Source: Bispira polyomma
Taxonomy: Eukaryota
Length of the DNA: 64,000 nucleotides
Reading direction: 5' to 3'
NCBI GenBank assembly: GCA_965649765.1
Contig: OZ287751.1
Span: forward strand, 62,310,001-62,374,000
Shown: positions 39,300 to 52,299 of the stretch, one piece after another
Position numbering within the stretch: position 1 is the first letter of the stretch
Layout of the letters: every line of letters begins with the position of its first letter
The notes under the pieces: generated by a model
The model's database searches: none
The model's input: only the letters and a program-made list of their open reading frames with translations
What the model was told of the DNA's origin: nothing
Translations under genes and position numbers: made by a program

Positions 39300-41500
39300 G
39301 GCTCTTGTCCAATATTTTACGATAAAGCAAACAAAGCTAATGCAGATTTTTCTTTTTGCCAATCGGGACAATTTAAATGTTGCCCTTTTTAACTGTGATA
39401 AAATTTTTAAAACCTTATCTTGGATCTTATCAGAGTAGTTATTCCAAGTAATTTTTGAATTAAAGGTATTACCCCATCTAGTCGCTATCTAGCAAACAAA
39501 TGATATACTTTGTGTTAATTGGATTAAAGCTCACCAAACAACACTTTCCGACTTGTCAATTCGATCTAAATATCTTCATTTAGTTTTGAGAAGCAAAGAT
39601 CACCATTTAATACTGCTTTACATAAGGATGTATCATCTGCAAAAGGGAAGCTTTCCATTTTAAATTCCAATATTAAGCCCTGTGGAACACCACATATTAT
39701 TGTAATATAGTCAGTAATTTGTTCACCAATTACAACCTTGTGTTTTCTATTATTGAGGTAGTCTGCAAACCATTTTTGAAGTGTACAACTAATAATGATT
39801 GGTTTCAATTTGTAAACCAAGCTAGAATGCAAACACGGTTAAAAGCAGCTGTTGCATTTTAAAGAAACAAAACAATAATCTTCTCCCCTTTCCAATGCTT
39901 CCTCAAACCTATGGGTGATGGTGAGTGACTGATTAATTGTTGAATCCTTGGGTTTTTAGCCATGTCAGAATGTTATGATTGGAGCAGAATTTGAATACCG
40001 ATTTAAAACAATCTTCTATAATGTTCTATAAAGTATTAGACAACAGAGAAATTGGACGGTAATTATTGTTATCTTGTATACTGCCTTTACCTTAAAAACT
40101 AATGAGTGGGTTAGTTATAAATAGAACTGGGTTAGTTATAAATAGAAGTTGGCGCTTCTCTGAGAAGTTTATTACTAACACTATCTAGGCCATTAGCCTA
40201 TTTATTATTCAAAGGCCTCAGGATATTACCAACTTCCTCCTCTGTTACATGTATAGAATTAAGACAGTGTTCAGATAATTCTACATTTTGTAAAAGTTTG
40301 GGTAACTCACTGTCTGGAAGTATCTGTGACTTTTTGAGAAAAAGACTATTGCAAATTTTACTTCTTAATCTAGCAGTAGATATTACATTATCTCTGTCAA
40401 TAATATTTGGTTTACTTGGTTTATTTTTGTTTCCAACAAATTGTTGTACCAGATGCCAGTAATCTTTTGAAGAACATTGTGATTTAAATTGTCTTATCAA
40501 CGACTTCACTTGTCTTCTGTAACTCACTGTAGTGTCCGCTTTCAAGTGTTCCATAACTTTGGCAAGTTTTTAATTTCCAAAGTCATGTAATATTTATCTC
40601 TTGGTCATATTATAAACTGTCTGCATGGAATATTGTCTTTTGTTAATACTCAAAAACTGCTCAGTCCATAATTTAGCCCATTCATTATTTTAAAGTTAGT
40701 CATTATGTGCCATTGCATGGTTGTCAAATCTGACTGAAGGGTGTCAAAATTGCCTTGGATGTAGTGCCAGACATCTCTGAAAAAATGCTTATCTTTAACA
40801 TTTGCACAAGTTACATGACAAAATACTAGGCTATGGTAAGGTTCATAAATTGGTTCACCTGTGCCTTGGTTCATTATCAAACTTGGTGAATCAATGATTA
40901 TCAGGTCTAACAGACATGACAAAGTAGGTGTGATATGTGTCAGTTCATTTATAACCTCAAAAAAGTTATTATGAGAAAACAAAGATTTAAACTTAGATTT
41001 TAATTCACTGCCTGGATGATAATCATCCCAATTTATGCAACAGTCATAGAAATCACATTAACGACTACATAGTGAATCAAGTATAGCTTGAAAATTGTTA
41101 AGAAAGTCCTTAACATGTGCAGCTGTAGATCCAGGTGGCCGATACCAACACAGAATAAAGATATGACTTTTAGATTTACAATTGATCATTAGCTCAAGTA
41201 TTACAGATTCAGTATTATAGGTATCAATATCATTTCTCAAACACACACCTAAATGCTCAGACACGTACATTCGTAGTTGGTTGTATGAATTCATTTGTAT
41301 TGTTCCATATTTATCTTTTCTGACTGTTTTGTACAAAAAAGGGACCTCTATTTTATTAAACATTTATTATATAAATAAACCTTGCTCCCATGAATTACTC
41401 GTTTGTTCTCCTGTAGTACCAATAGATTTAGCTGTTACTGTATGCATGCTCAAAATTTTTGAAAGTGGTGTGAAACTCAAAGAATAAATGCACTAAAAGT
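39300..41500 (-). mobile_element. CR1-like LINE remnant (APE and RT)
   Basis: WYRPPGS, SCLLDLII, VWHYIQGNFD, NYRPISL, GVPQG, FADDTSL. Confidence 0.87.
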
Positions 41501-41684
41501 AGACACCACAATCAGAAAAACAAACAAACCATGTTGCATATTAAGTCGGTCAGAATTTTAGACCCACTGCACTTGTCTTCACCAATAATCTGTCCATTAC
41601 AATATACAGGTACTGTACAGTTGTTGAAAGGAATGCCAAATTCCAGCTTAATCTAAACAAGACTAAATATTTGTCTTTTTGCAG

Positions 41685-41794
41685 TGCATAAGTCTATACT
41701 GCAGTCCTACAATAATGAGGGGAGGAGATGGTTACAGGAACTGATAGGTCAGATAAATGTCCCCACCCAGGTCATGTGGGGAAGCCATGATGAG
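41685..41794 (+). CDS. ABHD6: ABHD6-like copy 1 exon with catalytic Asp (WGSHD)
   Basis: ttgcag|(L)HKSILQSYNNEGRRWLQELIGQINVPTQVMWGSHDE|gtaagc; 110 nt, phase 1-0. Confidence 0.92.
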
Positions 41795-42541
41795 GTAAGC
41801 TAGTAGTTTTGACAAGGGGTTAGTATAAGATAGAGTTTAGGTACAGTCACGTATAGACTATACATTTCTGGCGTTGTTTGGTGGTTTTTTGTAGACACTT
41901 AACAAAGCTTAACTAATCTTAACAATTCTGACAGAGCAAAATTTAGGTTACATACAATGGCAAAAATTAAGAAACTTTTCAAATGCTGATGGTTGTGTAT
42001 TTTTTATAATAAGGAAGTGCTTACAGATGGACCATTATTTGTAATATTGTGTATGACTGTTGGATTATTCACTACCACTACAAACGAAATTAAAAAATGA
42101 TTTGTTTTTAGGTTATATATACTGTGTCAGTTTTACTGATAGTAAGTGTACTGTACAAAATGATACAAAATCAGATAAGGAATAACTTTTCTTGTTGATA
42201 TTTTATTTTACTATATGTATTTACTTCATTCATTTATTATAGTAGCATATGTCTTATTTACAAAAAATGCAACACACATTAAAACAATACACCCAGCCCA
42301 CTATTTGGCCTATATGTCTCCTTCTACCATCAAATTTTACTTCAAAAAAGATATCCTGTAGATAGACCACTTTGACGAATTTGAAAAAACCTGAGTTTAG
42401 GTCTTTGGTGATTTTCCCCCTGAATGGAATAATATTTTCTGAGTAATGCTATTATGGTACTTGAAATTTGAAGACTAAAATTACTACTCGTTTCCATTGT
42501 AAAAAGTCACAAGTATGTACAACATGTTTCATGACTTGTAG

Positions 42542-42718
42542 CTGTTCCATGTCTCTGGTGTGGAGTTACTGCGTGAGCTTCTGCCACGTTGTGAGCGGGT
42601 TGATATTCTAGACGCTTGTGGACACGGTTTAACTATAGAGGGACCTGGACTGGTAGTCAAAAACTTACTGGCCTTCAGGAACAAGTCTAAAAAGACATGG
42701 ATTAGTTCCCAGTTGTAG
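42542..42718 (+). CDS. ABHD6: ABHD6-like copy 1 last exon with catalytic His (CGH) and stop
   Basis: ttgtag|LFHVSGVELLRELLPRCERVDILDACGHGLTIEGPGLVVKNLLAFRNKSKKTWISSQL*. Confidence 0.92.
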   Translation: MFHVSGVELLRELLPRCERVDILDACGHGLTIEGPGLVVKNLLAFRNKSKKTWISSQL

Positions 42719-42830
42719 AGGAAAACATACGGAACCATCAGATGGAATTGCACACAACTCAGAATAATGTTATACTGAAAGTCCAGTATTATTCTAAAAT
42801 ATATTATCAATACATGTATATCTAGTGAAC

Positions 42831-42836
42831 AATAAA
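42831..42836 (+). terminator. Candidate polyadenylation signal of copy 1
   Basis: First aataaa after the stop codon; weak evidence in AT-rich DNA. Confidence 0.35.
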
Positions 42837-43139
42837 TTTTCAAAATTTTTGGATTTCAGGCAGAACAAAATTTACACATGAAAATATTGAAGACATATTA
42901 AAATAACTTTATGAAAATAGTATTAAAACACATAATATTGATCACCTTTAATACACGTGTAGGGTATTTAACACAATGTCACATCAGTCTATGTAACTGC
43001 CAAGATCAGATAAGGTAAATTAAGACAGGCAAACATTTGATACACCTTGGGTTATTCATTGATATGAAATAATTACTAAGAATAAAAGAATCAGAAATTA
43101 TCTGTCAATAGATACTTCTATCACTGTGGACAACGCTCT

Positions 43140-43720
43140 TGTAAGTAGCCGCCTTGAATACTGTAATTCTCTTCTGTTTGAAGCTAATAAGTCCAACATA
43201 AACAAGTTGCAGTCAATTCTATCTATGTAGTCATCTTTCGTTAGGAATCTGTACTGATGTCACCCCATACCTCAAAAGACTCCACTGGCTACCTATTCAC
43301 TATTGAATCCTGTTTAAAATGCACGTAACCACATTTAAAGCTGTTGCCTCTGAACAGCCTTACTACCTTGCTACTGAACTGTCCTTCAACAGCCTTAAAA
43401 GGGGAAAGAGACTCTCGGTTTCCTCTAAAACAACCACCAAGAGGGTTGGATCTAGAGCCTTCTCGGTCGCCGCCCCTTTGTTATGGAACATCTTTCCAGT
43501 TGAGCTTAGACTGCTTGAAACATTTTCTGGATTTAGGAGAAAGCTTAAAACCTATCTCTTCAGGCTCGCCGATCCTCCTTAGTCCGCTCCCTAGGCGCTG
43601 TATCCTTACGACCTGGCTGTGTTTTTTAATTTTTCTATTGGCTAATTGATTCTGATGTTGCACCTTAGGAGGTGCCTAGCATCAATAAGGCGCGTTAGAA
43701 ATGTACAATATACAATACAA
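43140..43720 (+). mobile_element. L2-like LINE 3' end
   Basis: LKRLHWLPI, GSRAFSVAAPLLWNIFPVELR, FRRKLKTYLF, followed by a short-repeat tail (tacaa). Confidence 0.85.
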
Positions 43721-43779
43721 ATATATATATATATATACATACATACATACATCATTAACGCATTATTTAACTACTTTAC

Positions 43780-46700
43780 TATAACAGCTGAGTCTACCGT
43801 GAGATTTAAGGTGGACCTTCCAGCCTTAAGGTAACCGTACCTATGTTACTTTCTATGTCAGTATTATTGATTGTACTCTATCTACGTATACCTACATAAT
43901 TTATAAAAAATGGTGTAATAACTAAAATGCCAAACCTAAAGGTATATGTTGACTGGTTAGTGAAGTAGGCTTGAAATGATTTGGCCACTGTGTCGGCCAC
44001 TTTGGGGATTTTGATAAAGTAACACCAAATGGCATCGAACCTCGAACCCCGTGAACCTTGATGTGGTGTAATTCTACATTATTATCAAATGCCCAAGAGG
44101 CAGCTGAGCACCTAAGACAATAGAAGCCATATTCTGAGGGAGAGAGGCCCATTACTTTTATTGCTAAGTGAGGAACTTTAGACTACATGTACAGTCCCTT
44201 ACACTTACATTGATCTTCCACATTTTGTGACATTGTGTGCCCCAGTCGACCCCCATACCACGTCACCTACAGAGGGAAACCTAGTCTTGTCAAAGGCGTT
44301 TGAGGAATTGGGTACCAATGATGCTGGCCTATAAAACCTGAAAAACTCCAGCGATATTGCTGCCTGATATACTGATGCATCTGGGATAATTTGAACTGCC
44401 CTGATAACTTGTTGGGGTTGTTTAATACTCAAAACACCTTTGATCTTGTGCTTGAATGGGGCATTGTATGAAACAGCCCTATAACGACAAGTTGCATATT
44501 CCTAGTCTATAAAACACTTATGTTTAAATCGAAGATGTAAAAGTAATGCCTTAGCACTGTTAAATACCCCACAAGTGAGCCCTGTCTGTGCTAGGAACTC
44601 CAGGAATAACAGAACAGCCAGGAGTAAATCTGTTTCCGACATTTGGAAAAAGGCTAGAAAGGCTAGATAGTTTGATATGCTGTGGCTGTTCTTGGTCTTA
44701 AAGCCGACTGAATCCTATGTGAGATGTCTTGTGTGAGGCGTACTTGCAAGGGATGTCCTAAAAAGAATTATAATATTCAATATCAATATTTGGGCATAAC
44801 TGCTTGTTTTTAGTTGTAAACAATTTACATTTTTTAAGTTTGATAACTTGTGGCTATTCTGTATTGCAGAAATGGCCTCATGGAGACAGTTTTTTACCCA
44901 GGTATATTAGTTATTTGGATGTTATTGTTATTAATTGCTTGAATGAGCCACTCTGTGCGTGTGCATGCAGTAAGCCAGGTGATCTCTTGATCTACCATGT
45001 TGTATGACATCCACAAACACCAAGACTGACTGATTTATAACTGTTTCACTGTGTATCTCCACTGACCCATTAAATTGTGACAAAAACGTAGAAAACAAAT
45101 TAATGTCTTTATGTAAGTCCCTGTCCAGGGTACCTTGTGGGTTTTTTCTCAGGACATTGAGGATTCTTTTTACAAACAGTCTTGACGGCTTAACACAAAT
45201 CTAAATGTAAATGAATTTACCCAAGAGTTTTGGTAGCTCGTTGTATGACAAATACCTTTGATTCCCTGTAATTTACCATCGGTATAGTAAGGACACCTAT
45301 TTTTGAAAGTTAGGAATGCTGTGTTGGTGACGTCTGACGTCATAACGCTAACGCAGCCATTCAGATAATTGCATACCGAATATTTTTGTTATCTCATAAG
45401 GTGGGTAATACAATCTGTTACCATTTGGCAAGAAGCTCTCCCCAAAGGGAATACTAATGTTGATATCAAATATTCTATGCCATTGACATCACATAGCATA
45501 ATGACAGGAAGTCCCCTAGATCCGTACGTAGGTTTCTATATGCTCTTTCCAATCAATTTTGAATAAAACAGCAGCTTTGCCCAGGCTATTAATACAAGAA
45601 ACTGTATTGTTTATTTTTGGATATTTAAGGGAAAATGGAACGTTATCCAATGCACTGGGAGTAATATAATCGTTAACACTATTACCCCTTGGAAATAATA
45701 AGTCCGCTATAATTTGTCTGGACCTGTCTGGTTTTGATCTTGTCATTAGTGGTGAAAGGTTATAATCACGTAAGGGGGTACATTTAACGGACCCACCATG
45801 GCCTTATGTGACACCTCTACCTAAAAATACTGGCTAAAGCTGAGTGATGATTTGTGACATTTTTATTAAATTGAAAACGGTCATAGTTTATGTTAATGGG
45901 GGCAGCGGTGGCCTAGCGGTTAGCAAGCATTGCGCTTCACAATCACTGGTCTCTCACCTCTGGGCAGCGTGAGTTCGAATCCTGTCGATGGCTATGTGGG
46001 AAAGGTGGTAGTTCCTTACTGTGGGCCACTGGTGTTAGTGCAGAACCTTGACTAACTGTATGCAGTGTTTCCTCTAGCGTTTCCAACTACCCGTCCCAAT
46101 ATGACCTACTAAAAGGTACTAGAGTGGACGTTAAATATCCAAATTCAAATTTAAAGTGTATGTTAAGGGGGAAGCCAGATTATAAATAGTCATAGACTAT
46201 GGACAAACTGTAGTAGACAAATGCTTCCATGATTTAATATTTAGCCCTGAGGGGACTGTGATTCTCGCACCTTTGTAATTAGGAACTCGTGTGTGTGCTA
46301 CTAAAGTATGTGCTTGTTTTACACAGTCTAGTCGGGAGTCACAGTTAATGGCCCATTTTAAGTACAAAGGAAAAAAGCCAAACTCTTGTTTGTTATCGAC
46401 TTTCCCCCACATGACTCATAAATACTTATCGCTACATCAGAGACTCTCTCTTGATCAACCAGACTGACACTTGGTTTGGTTATTTCTGACCCATGCGCAT
46501 TCTGCTGAACAACGTTATACTTCCAATTAGAGGTGTACCCTGAATCGTTTGTAATGTTTTGGCTAAGGGTGGCCGACCACCATGTGTTATCCACCTAGCT
46601 ATTATTCTCACTTGAATTGCCTGTGGTAGAAAGAGTCAGGCCTGCATAATCACAGGAGGGTGTCTTTGTACATGTACTTGTGGCCGTGTTATTCATATCA

Positions 46701-47950
46701 CAACAATAAGGTGTTAAAGCCTGTGAACTAAAATAACTCAATAATTGGGCTGTCACTTAAAGTTAAGTCTGTCATATTTTCGCCACTAAGGAGACTAAAA
46801 CTAGTTTTGTCAACCCCACTATTCAGTGAAAACTTCTTAAACACAGTACAGCAAGTGGTGTCTGCACTAAACAAACTCACTGACTCTTGTATTATGGTCA
46901 CACTGTTGTTAAAATAACTAGCTTAGTCAGCTTAAAATCACTGGCTGTGGTGGGCTTTAACTGTGGAATTTGCACATGCAACAAAACAAGAGCACACATG
47001 TGGGTTAAGGTACAGACTACTATCGTGTATGCACCAGCTACAAGGCCACAGATGTTTGGAAAATACTGTATGCAAAGACGTATCAGCTGTCCAGGGTTGT
47101 GCCACTACACCAACGTTTTTGTCCCTCTTTGCTAGCCTTAGTAGCGAGCAGGAATTCTTATACATGAGCACGCTTGGCTGTTGGCTCGGAAAGTTCAGTC
47201 GTATCCTGCATAAGGTCCGCCTGATATTTTAACATGTTAAGAATGATTTTACTGTCCTTTTCTTCTATGAATACACCTGGAGAAACCTTGTACCCACTGG
47301 TAAATGGATAAGTCGTCAAGATTATCAGTTACTGAAAAGAATTATTGAGGCCAGTTTACTGGTGTTTTAACATGGTGGTCACCTAACCTGCAATGCCCCA
47401 ATTTTGGTAACCTGTCAGTGACTGTACCTTGAGCTGGGTTCCTGGACACTACCCGGTAGTGACAAATCCACCTTTCCACTTCTTTCTGGATACGCGTCTC
47501 CGTCCTGATGTCCTCTAATGAGGGGAGTCTACCTGGTCTTTCCCTGTCGTTTGTTTGTGGTTGTCTCCTGTGAACTGACGTTCTGATGGGTGAGTTATGC
47601 ACCGACGGGGAGACTGAGATTGAAAATTCACTGAACGACATTTTAGCACCCTACTTGTCTTATTGCTTCTGCACTCTTGCTTCTAGCGATTAGACCTTAT
47701 CCAGGAACCAATCAAACTTACCTAGAACGTGATCTGTTTTGGATTTCCTGACACGGGACTTCTGAGCCAATGTCTGAACTTCATCATCAGCTGATAACTC
47801 ACCTTGCTGGGCTTGAGATGTATCTATTGATGCTGTCACGCGACTAGCACATGTAGCAGCACACTTACTTCCCACTGGGGGGATGTGCAACAATTAAAAA
47901 CTGAGCCATAGTCACAATAAACACAGTGATAGTATAGTATGTATATATCC
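43780..47950 (-). mobile_element. Tyrosine-recombinase (DIRS/Ngaro-type) retrotransposon 3, decayed
   Basis: gag (HIPPVGSKC, LPSLEDIR, VNWPQ), RT (VPNYKGARITVPSGLN, MTRSKPD...IIADLLFPRGNSVND, LFKID), YR (FYRPASLVP, YGFYCLRCSAASWAF, IKVHG). Confidence 0.88.
45898..46150 (+). mobile_element. tRNA-derived SINE, family A
   Basis: Matches the other four copies; degenerate TSD agtttatgttaa / agtgtatgttaa. Confidence 0.93.
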
Positions 47951-48120
47951 TCACATGCAAGTAAAGTTATGGAAAAAAATAATAAGACAGTACTGTTAAA
48001 AGAATTTATATGTCTCTTGTGTATATGTATCTGACAATCTAAACAAGTAAAATATCCAGTAAAATGCAACACAAAATTTTGTATACAGTAGGAGCTTTGT
48101 AAAAGTAGTATCAATAAATA

Positions 48121-48392
48121 TTTATCTATGTCAACTTTATCCAATATTTAATGCTTTATGTATTTCATAGTGACATATAAGCCCATAAAAAGGGGCTGGG
48201 TATCTTGTGTCAATTTGTTTATGTATTGTTACATATATTGATGTGATACATGTCATTTGTCTATGTCAACTCTAGCCAATATTTAATGCTTTATGTATTT
48301 CATAGTGACATATAAGCCCATTAAAGGGGCTGGGCATCCTGTGTAAATGTTGTTTATGTATTGTTATATATATATTGATGTGATACATGTCA
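48121..48392. repeat. Tandem duplication, period about 135 bp
   Basis: tctatgtcaact...ccaatatttaatgctttatgtatttcatagtgacatataagcccat...gatgtgatacatgtca twice. Confidence 0.92.
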
Positions 48393-49284
48393 CTCTGATA
48401 AAATAATTAAATGAAAAAAAATGAAAAAAATGGATACAGCTAATTAGCCTTACTAATTAGGACTTGGCAGGTAGCTAGAGCTATGTACAAAGTAATTATT
48501 TTTTTGCCAATAAATTCAATTAATTTTTCAACTTCTAGTACTATATCTATCCATCCAGGAAACTTTATACTACAAGTTATATATCGCAAACTACAGGTAT
48601 TGCTTCAAACCTTTCTTCATTTTACAATTACATTTTCTATCTATCCATTCTTTGTGAATAATAAAACTTAATAAAGACAGAGTAAAATTTTAATAAACAA
48701 AATTAATATTGGAAGAAACCTGGAAGCCTAGATTTTTTTCAGGATTTTCTCTGATTGTAATGGGAATATAATTATGTATATAGTATTATTGTATGTCCTA
48801 TTTGTAAAGAGTTTGTACATTGACATAAAATATATGTTTCACTTCCTTAAACATTGCAATCAATGCACAAATTTCTTTCTAAAATTATTTTGGGAAAGTA
48901 TAAATTCAGCCAATTTGTTTTCTTTTATTTGCTTTACATGTTGTATTTAGGCTCTAGGAGTAATAACATTTTTTGTAAGAAATAAGTTATTCAGGAGATC
49001 TCACATTTTAGTTTTTTGTAATTTTTGTTAAATTAATTCAGTATAAAAAACTAGATCTTATCTAAGAAATATGACGAATTTTACTAAATGTTTGTGAAGT
49101 AGGTAAGTTCAACACACATCTACTTTGCGGATAATTTTCCTTTACTGTTTACATATTGATCCATGTTAAGAATGTGATAAGAATATGATAAATCTCTCGC
49201 CTTTTTATAAAGTGAAGTAAGGAAGCAGTATCTTAGACTTTGCTTTAATGAAGTTTATCAGTTTATCACCTTATTACTAATGAT

Positions 49285-49358
49285 TCTGCTGTTGCGCTTT
49301 AGAAGATGCCTAGCATCAATAAAGCGCCTTAAAAATCTATAATCTAATCTAATCTAAT
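49285..49358 (+). mobile_element. Isolated L2-like 3' terminus with (taatc)n tail
   Basis: tgcctagcatcaataa.gcgc.tta.aaat matches 43673-43701. Confidence 0.6.
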
Positions 49359-50029
49359 CCTAGCTATCTGTCTGATCACTACAGTATATGATGATTTGAG
49401 CAATATGGGTTGTTCGTGGAGTAGATTGGAACCACTACTATCCAAAGAGGTTCGGAGATTTTCAGAACATAATTTGCCTAAATGTATTTTTGCTAATGTA
49501 ATCTGATTATAGGGTGCCATCCATATAAGTTTTGGCTTCCAAAGGGGTAAATATTACTGTAATTGTAAGGTATGGGTGTAAGTGTAAATTATTATATTAA
49601 ATTGATCAATCTGATTTATTAAAGTATAAATCACTGAATTACGAACCATCAGTCTACTTACCTTATTTGCTTATGTGGAGTTACAGCAAATTAACTGTCG
49701 CTCAACTGTAACCTTTGTATTTACTTACTATCAGAGAAATTTGTTTTGTTTACATTTTGTGAAATATTACTACCGTTAAGAGTTCTGGTGCCAGATATAT
49801 ATATAGTGTATTGAAATATTTTTATTGGTATAGTTTACTTTTGTTGTTTTCATGTATTTGGATAAACTTAGTTTAGGAACTACTATACGATATTTAAGTC
49901 AACATTTTAAGCTTTAAAATGTAACATCAGTATTGTAAGTATAAAATGTATAAGTATGCCTCAGGATCATCAAAAGACTGGAATATTGTGTTGTATTATC
50001 TATTATTTTGGTTGTCAGAAACTAGCAAG

Positions 50030-50700
50030 TAGCAAGGATACATCGTCATTCCTGTTCAAAATTTCTCCCAAAGGTGATAAACTGCTACAATCACCTATGC
50101 CTGATAGACTCGGAGGTGGTGTCGGGATGTTTGTCATAAATTCTCTTTCCTGTGAAATTATCAATATTGAACCCTCCCACCCTTATTAACCTCGTCCCTT
50201 CTGAAGCTATCATATTAGGCGACTTTAACATTAAAGTTGACAACGACAACCCTGTCACAAATGAGTTCAATAGCTTATTAGGCATCTTTAAATTTACACA
50301 GTTTATTTCCAGTACCCCCCCCCCCCCCCCCCATTATCAGAATCACATCCTCTACCTCATCATTGCCTGACTTGAGTGTAAACTTTTAACTCATTCGAAC
50401 ACACATCCGTGAAAATTTCCACTGAAATTTGTTAAGACCTAAGTTTTGATGACTTCTACAGACTCCCCTGTGGTTCAAAAAGCCAGTTGATAGAGGAGTT
50501 CACTGTTTTCATGGAGGCTGCTGCTCTATCGAGTCATGAAAATGTCATTTCTGGAGATCTAATTTTCATATGTATTCATCGGATACAAATTTTACAAATG
50601 TTTTATCGCAGCTTGATTACACCCAGCTCACCGTTAAGCTCACCCCTATACATGGACAAATTCCTAGATGTGCTGTGTGTCAGTCCTTCTCTTTCACCAT
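50030..50700 (+). mobile_element. L2/CR1-like AP-endonuclease fragments
   Basis: DRLGGGVGMFV, IILGDFNIKVD, HILYLII, YRLP. Confidence 0.7.
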
Positions 50701-50714
50701 CAGTCCCCATGTCT

Positions 50715-50885
50715 TTAGTATAGTTTGAAAGTCCTCAACTTGTGCAGTCGTAGATACAGGTGGCCAATACCAACACAGAATAAAGATATGTTTAGAATTG
50801 TTTATTAGCTCAAGTATTACAAATTCAGTATTATAGGTATCAATATCATTTTTTAGATGCACACTTATATGCTCAGACATGTACA
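50715..50885 (-). mobile_element. CR1-like fragment similar to 41090-41270
   Basis: NDIDTYNTE.VILEL...HIFILCWY.PP.ST.A.V.DF shared by both ORFs; DNA collinear. Confidence 0.8.
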
Positions 50886-51787
50886 GTGGCGGTTAAAAAG
50901 GGGGATTTCGGATATTATAGTCCGAGTTTACCTGCCAGTTGGGTAGGTATTTTTTTAGCTAGCATATCTCTTATTTAGAGATTAAAAAATGAAAATATAC
51001 ATACTTGCACAGAAAATGGTGTTGCTTCTATAGAAATCTATATTAATAAAATATAGATGTTTTTCAAGTCAGACTCAGAAATGAAAGTGAGACATCTTTC
51101 TGATGGCAGAACATTGTCATCTGTCTTCTCAATCAACAAAATTACTTCATGCTGACAGGACCTTGAACTTCAACAACAATGGTGGAATGACAATGAAAAC
51201 TATTATAAAGTGGTAAAATTAGAAAGATTCTAGCCTAAAACTTAATAACAATATGTTTGCCAGCCCTGCAAGATTTGATCTCTGGAGAGTAGTGCTTGAA
51301 AAAATGACTCTTTAAAGTAATATTTGATAATAGCGAAATAGAAGATGTTTACATGGCGACTGTAGGTGGTACTCTGTTTACGTAATAAACTCTGTCCACA
51401 TATTGTAGGCACATGCGCAGTAACTTGCGTTCTTGTTGGGATGGTGGCACATCAAAGTTCCCCCCTGCCATTTGTGGGTCCTTGGCCCACTCGCTTCTGA
51501 TCTTGTCATGTTTCATTTGTCCATCTTGTTATGTTAATTTAGTACTTCTGAGTTTTGTTCAATAACAAGATGCCATTGTAATTTTAAAGTAGATGTTATT
51601 AGAGTCACCATGTTTGGATATTTAAGAAATAAAATTTGTTAAGAAACAATAGAGGCCACAGAGTACATTTTTTGTTGTCAGTAAACTGTCAGGGATTACA
51701 GGTCAACGTGAAACAATTGACATATTGAATATAGTATCTTAAAGAAATGCAACTCAACATAATGTATCTACAAGATACATGTCTGGC

Positions 51788-52195
51788 ACATAGACAAATG
51801 ACTGATGGCAATGTCTTACATAGACAAATGACTGACGGTAATAATTTGCACATAGACAAATGACTGATGGTGATGTATTACACATGGATTTGAATTTGGA
51901 TATTTAACATCCACTCTAGTACCTTTTAGTAGGTTATATTGGGACAGGTAGTTGGAAATGCTGGAGGAAACACTGCATACAGTCGGTCAAGGTTCTGCAC
52001 TGAAACCAGCAGCCCACAGTAAGGAACTACCACCTTTCCCACATAGGCATCGACAGGATTCAAACTCACGCCGCCCAGAGGTGAGAGACCAGTGATTGTG
52101 AAGCGCAATGCTTGCTAACCACTAGGCCACCGCGGCTCCTGTATTACACATGGACACGTGACTGATGGTAATGTCTTAAATATAGACAAATGGCA
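51788..52195. repeat. 30-32 bp minisatellite, about 5 units, split by a SINE
   Basis: catagacaaatgactgatgg.aatgt.tta(ca) repeated. Confidence 0.85.
51889..52139 (-). mobile_element. tRNA-derived SINE, family A
   Basis: Perfect 15-bp TSD tgtattacacatgga (51874-51888 and 52140-52154). Confidence 0.95.
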
Positions 52196-52299
52196 TATAG
52201 TTCAATCTTATTGTAAGAACTTCATTTCAAATAAAGACCACTCTTCCTTCATTAGATTTAGACGTAGAATCACTCCTTAATATAAATATCTAACTGAGC

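Larger units (their letters stand above)
1491..42718 (+). other. ABHD6: ABHD6-like alpha/beta hydrolase gene, copy 1 (seven coding exons visible; the membrane-anchor exon would lie upstream of the window)
   Basis: Exons join in frame through GT-AG introns of 1592, 16006, 647, 18572, 2799 and 747 bp. Motifs HGF, DLPGHG, GFSMGG (Ser), WGSHD (Asp) and CGH (His) occur in the ABHD6 order with no internal stop. Confidence 0.88.

Noticed and set aside
42529-42843. Minus-strand 104-aa ORF
   Set aside because: Antisense shadow of the last ABHD6-like exon
50315-50332. Poly-C run giving a polyproline stretch
   Set aside because: Simple homopolymer within a dead LINE fragment
51788-52195. 30-32 bp repeats resembling a CRISPR array
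   Set aside because: Units are contiguous with no unique spacers, no cas genes, eukaryotic context; a minisatellite
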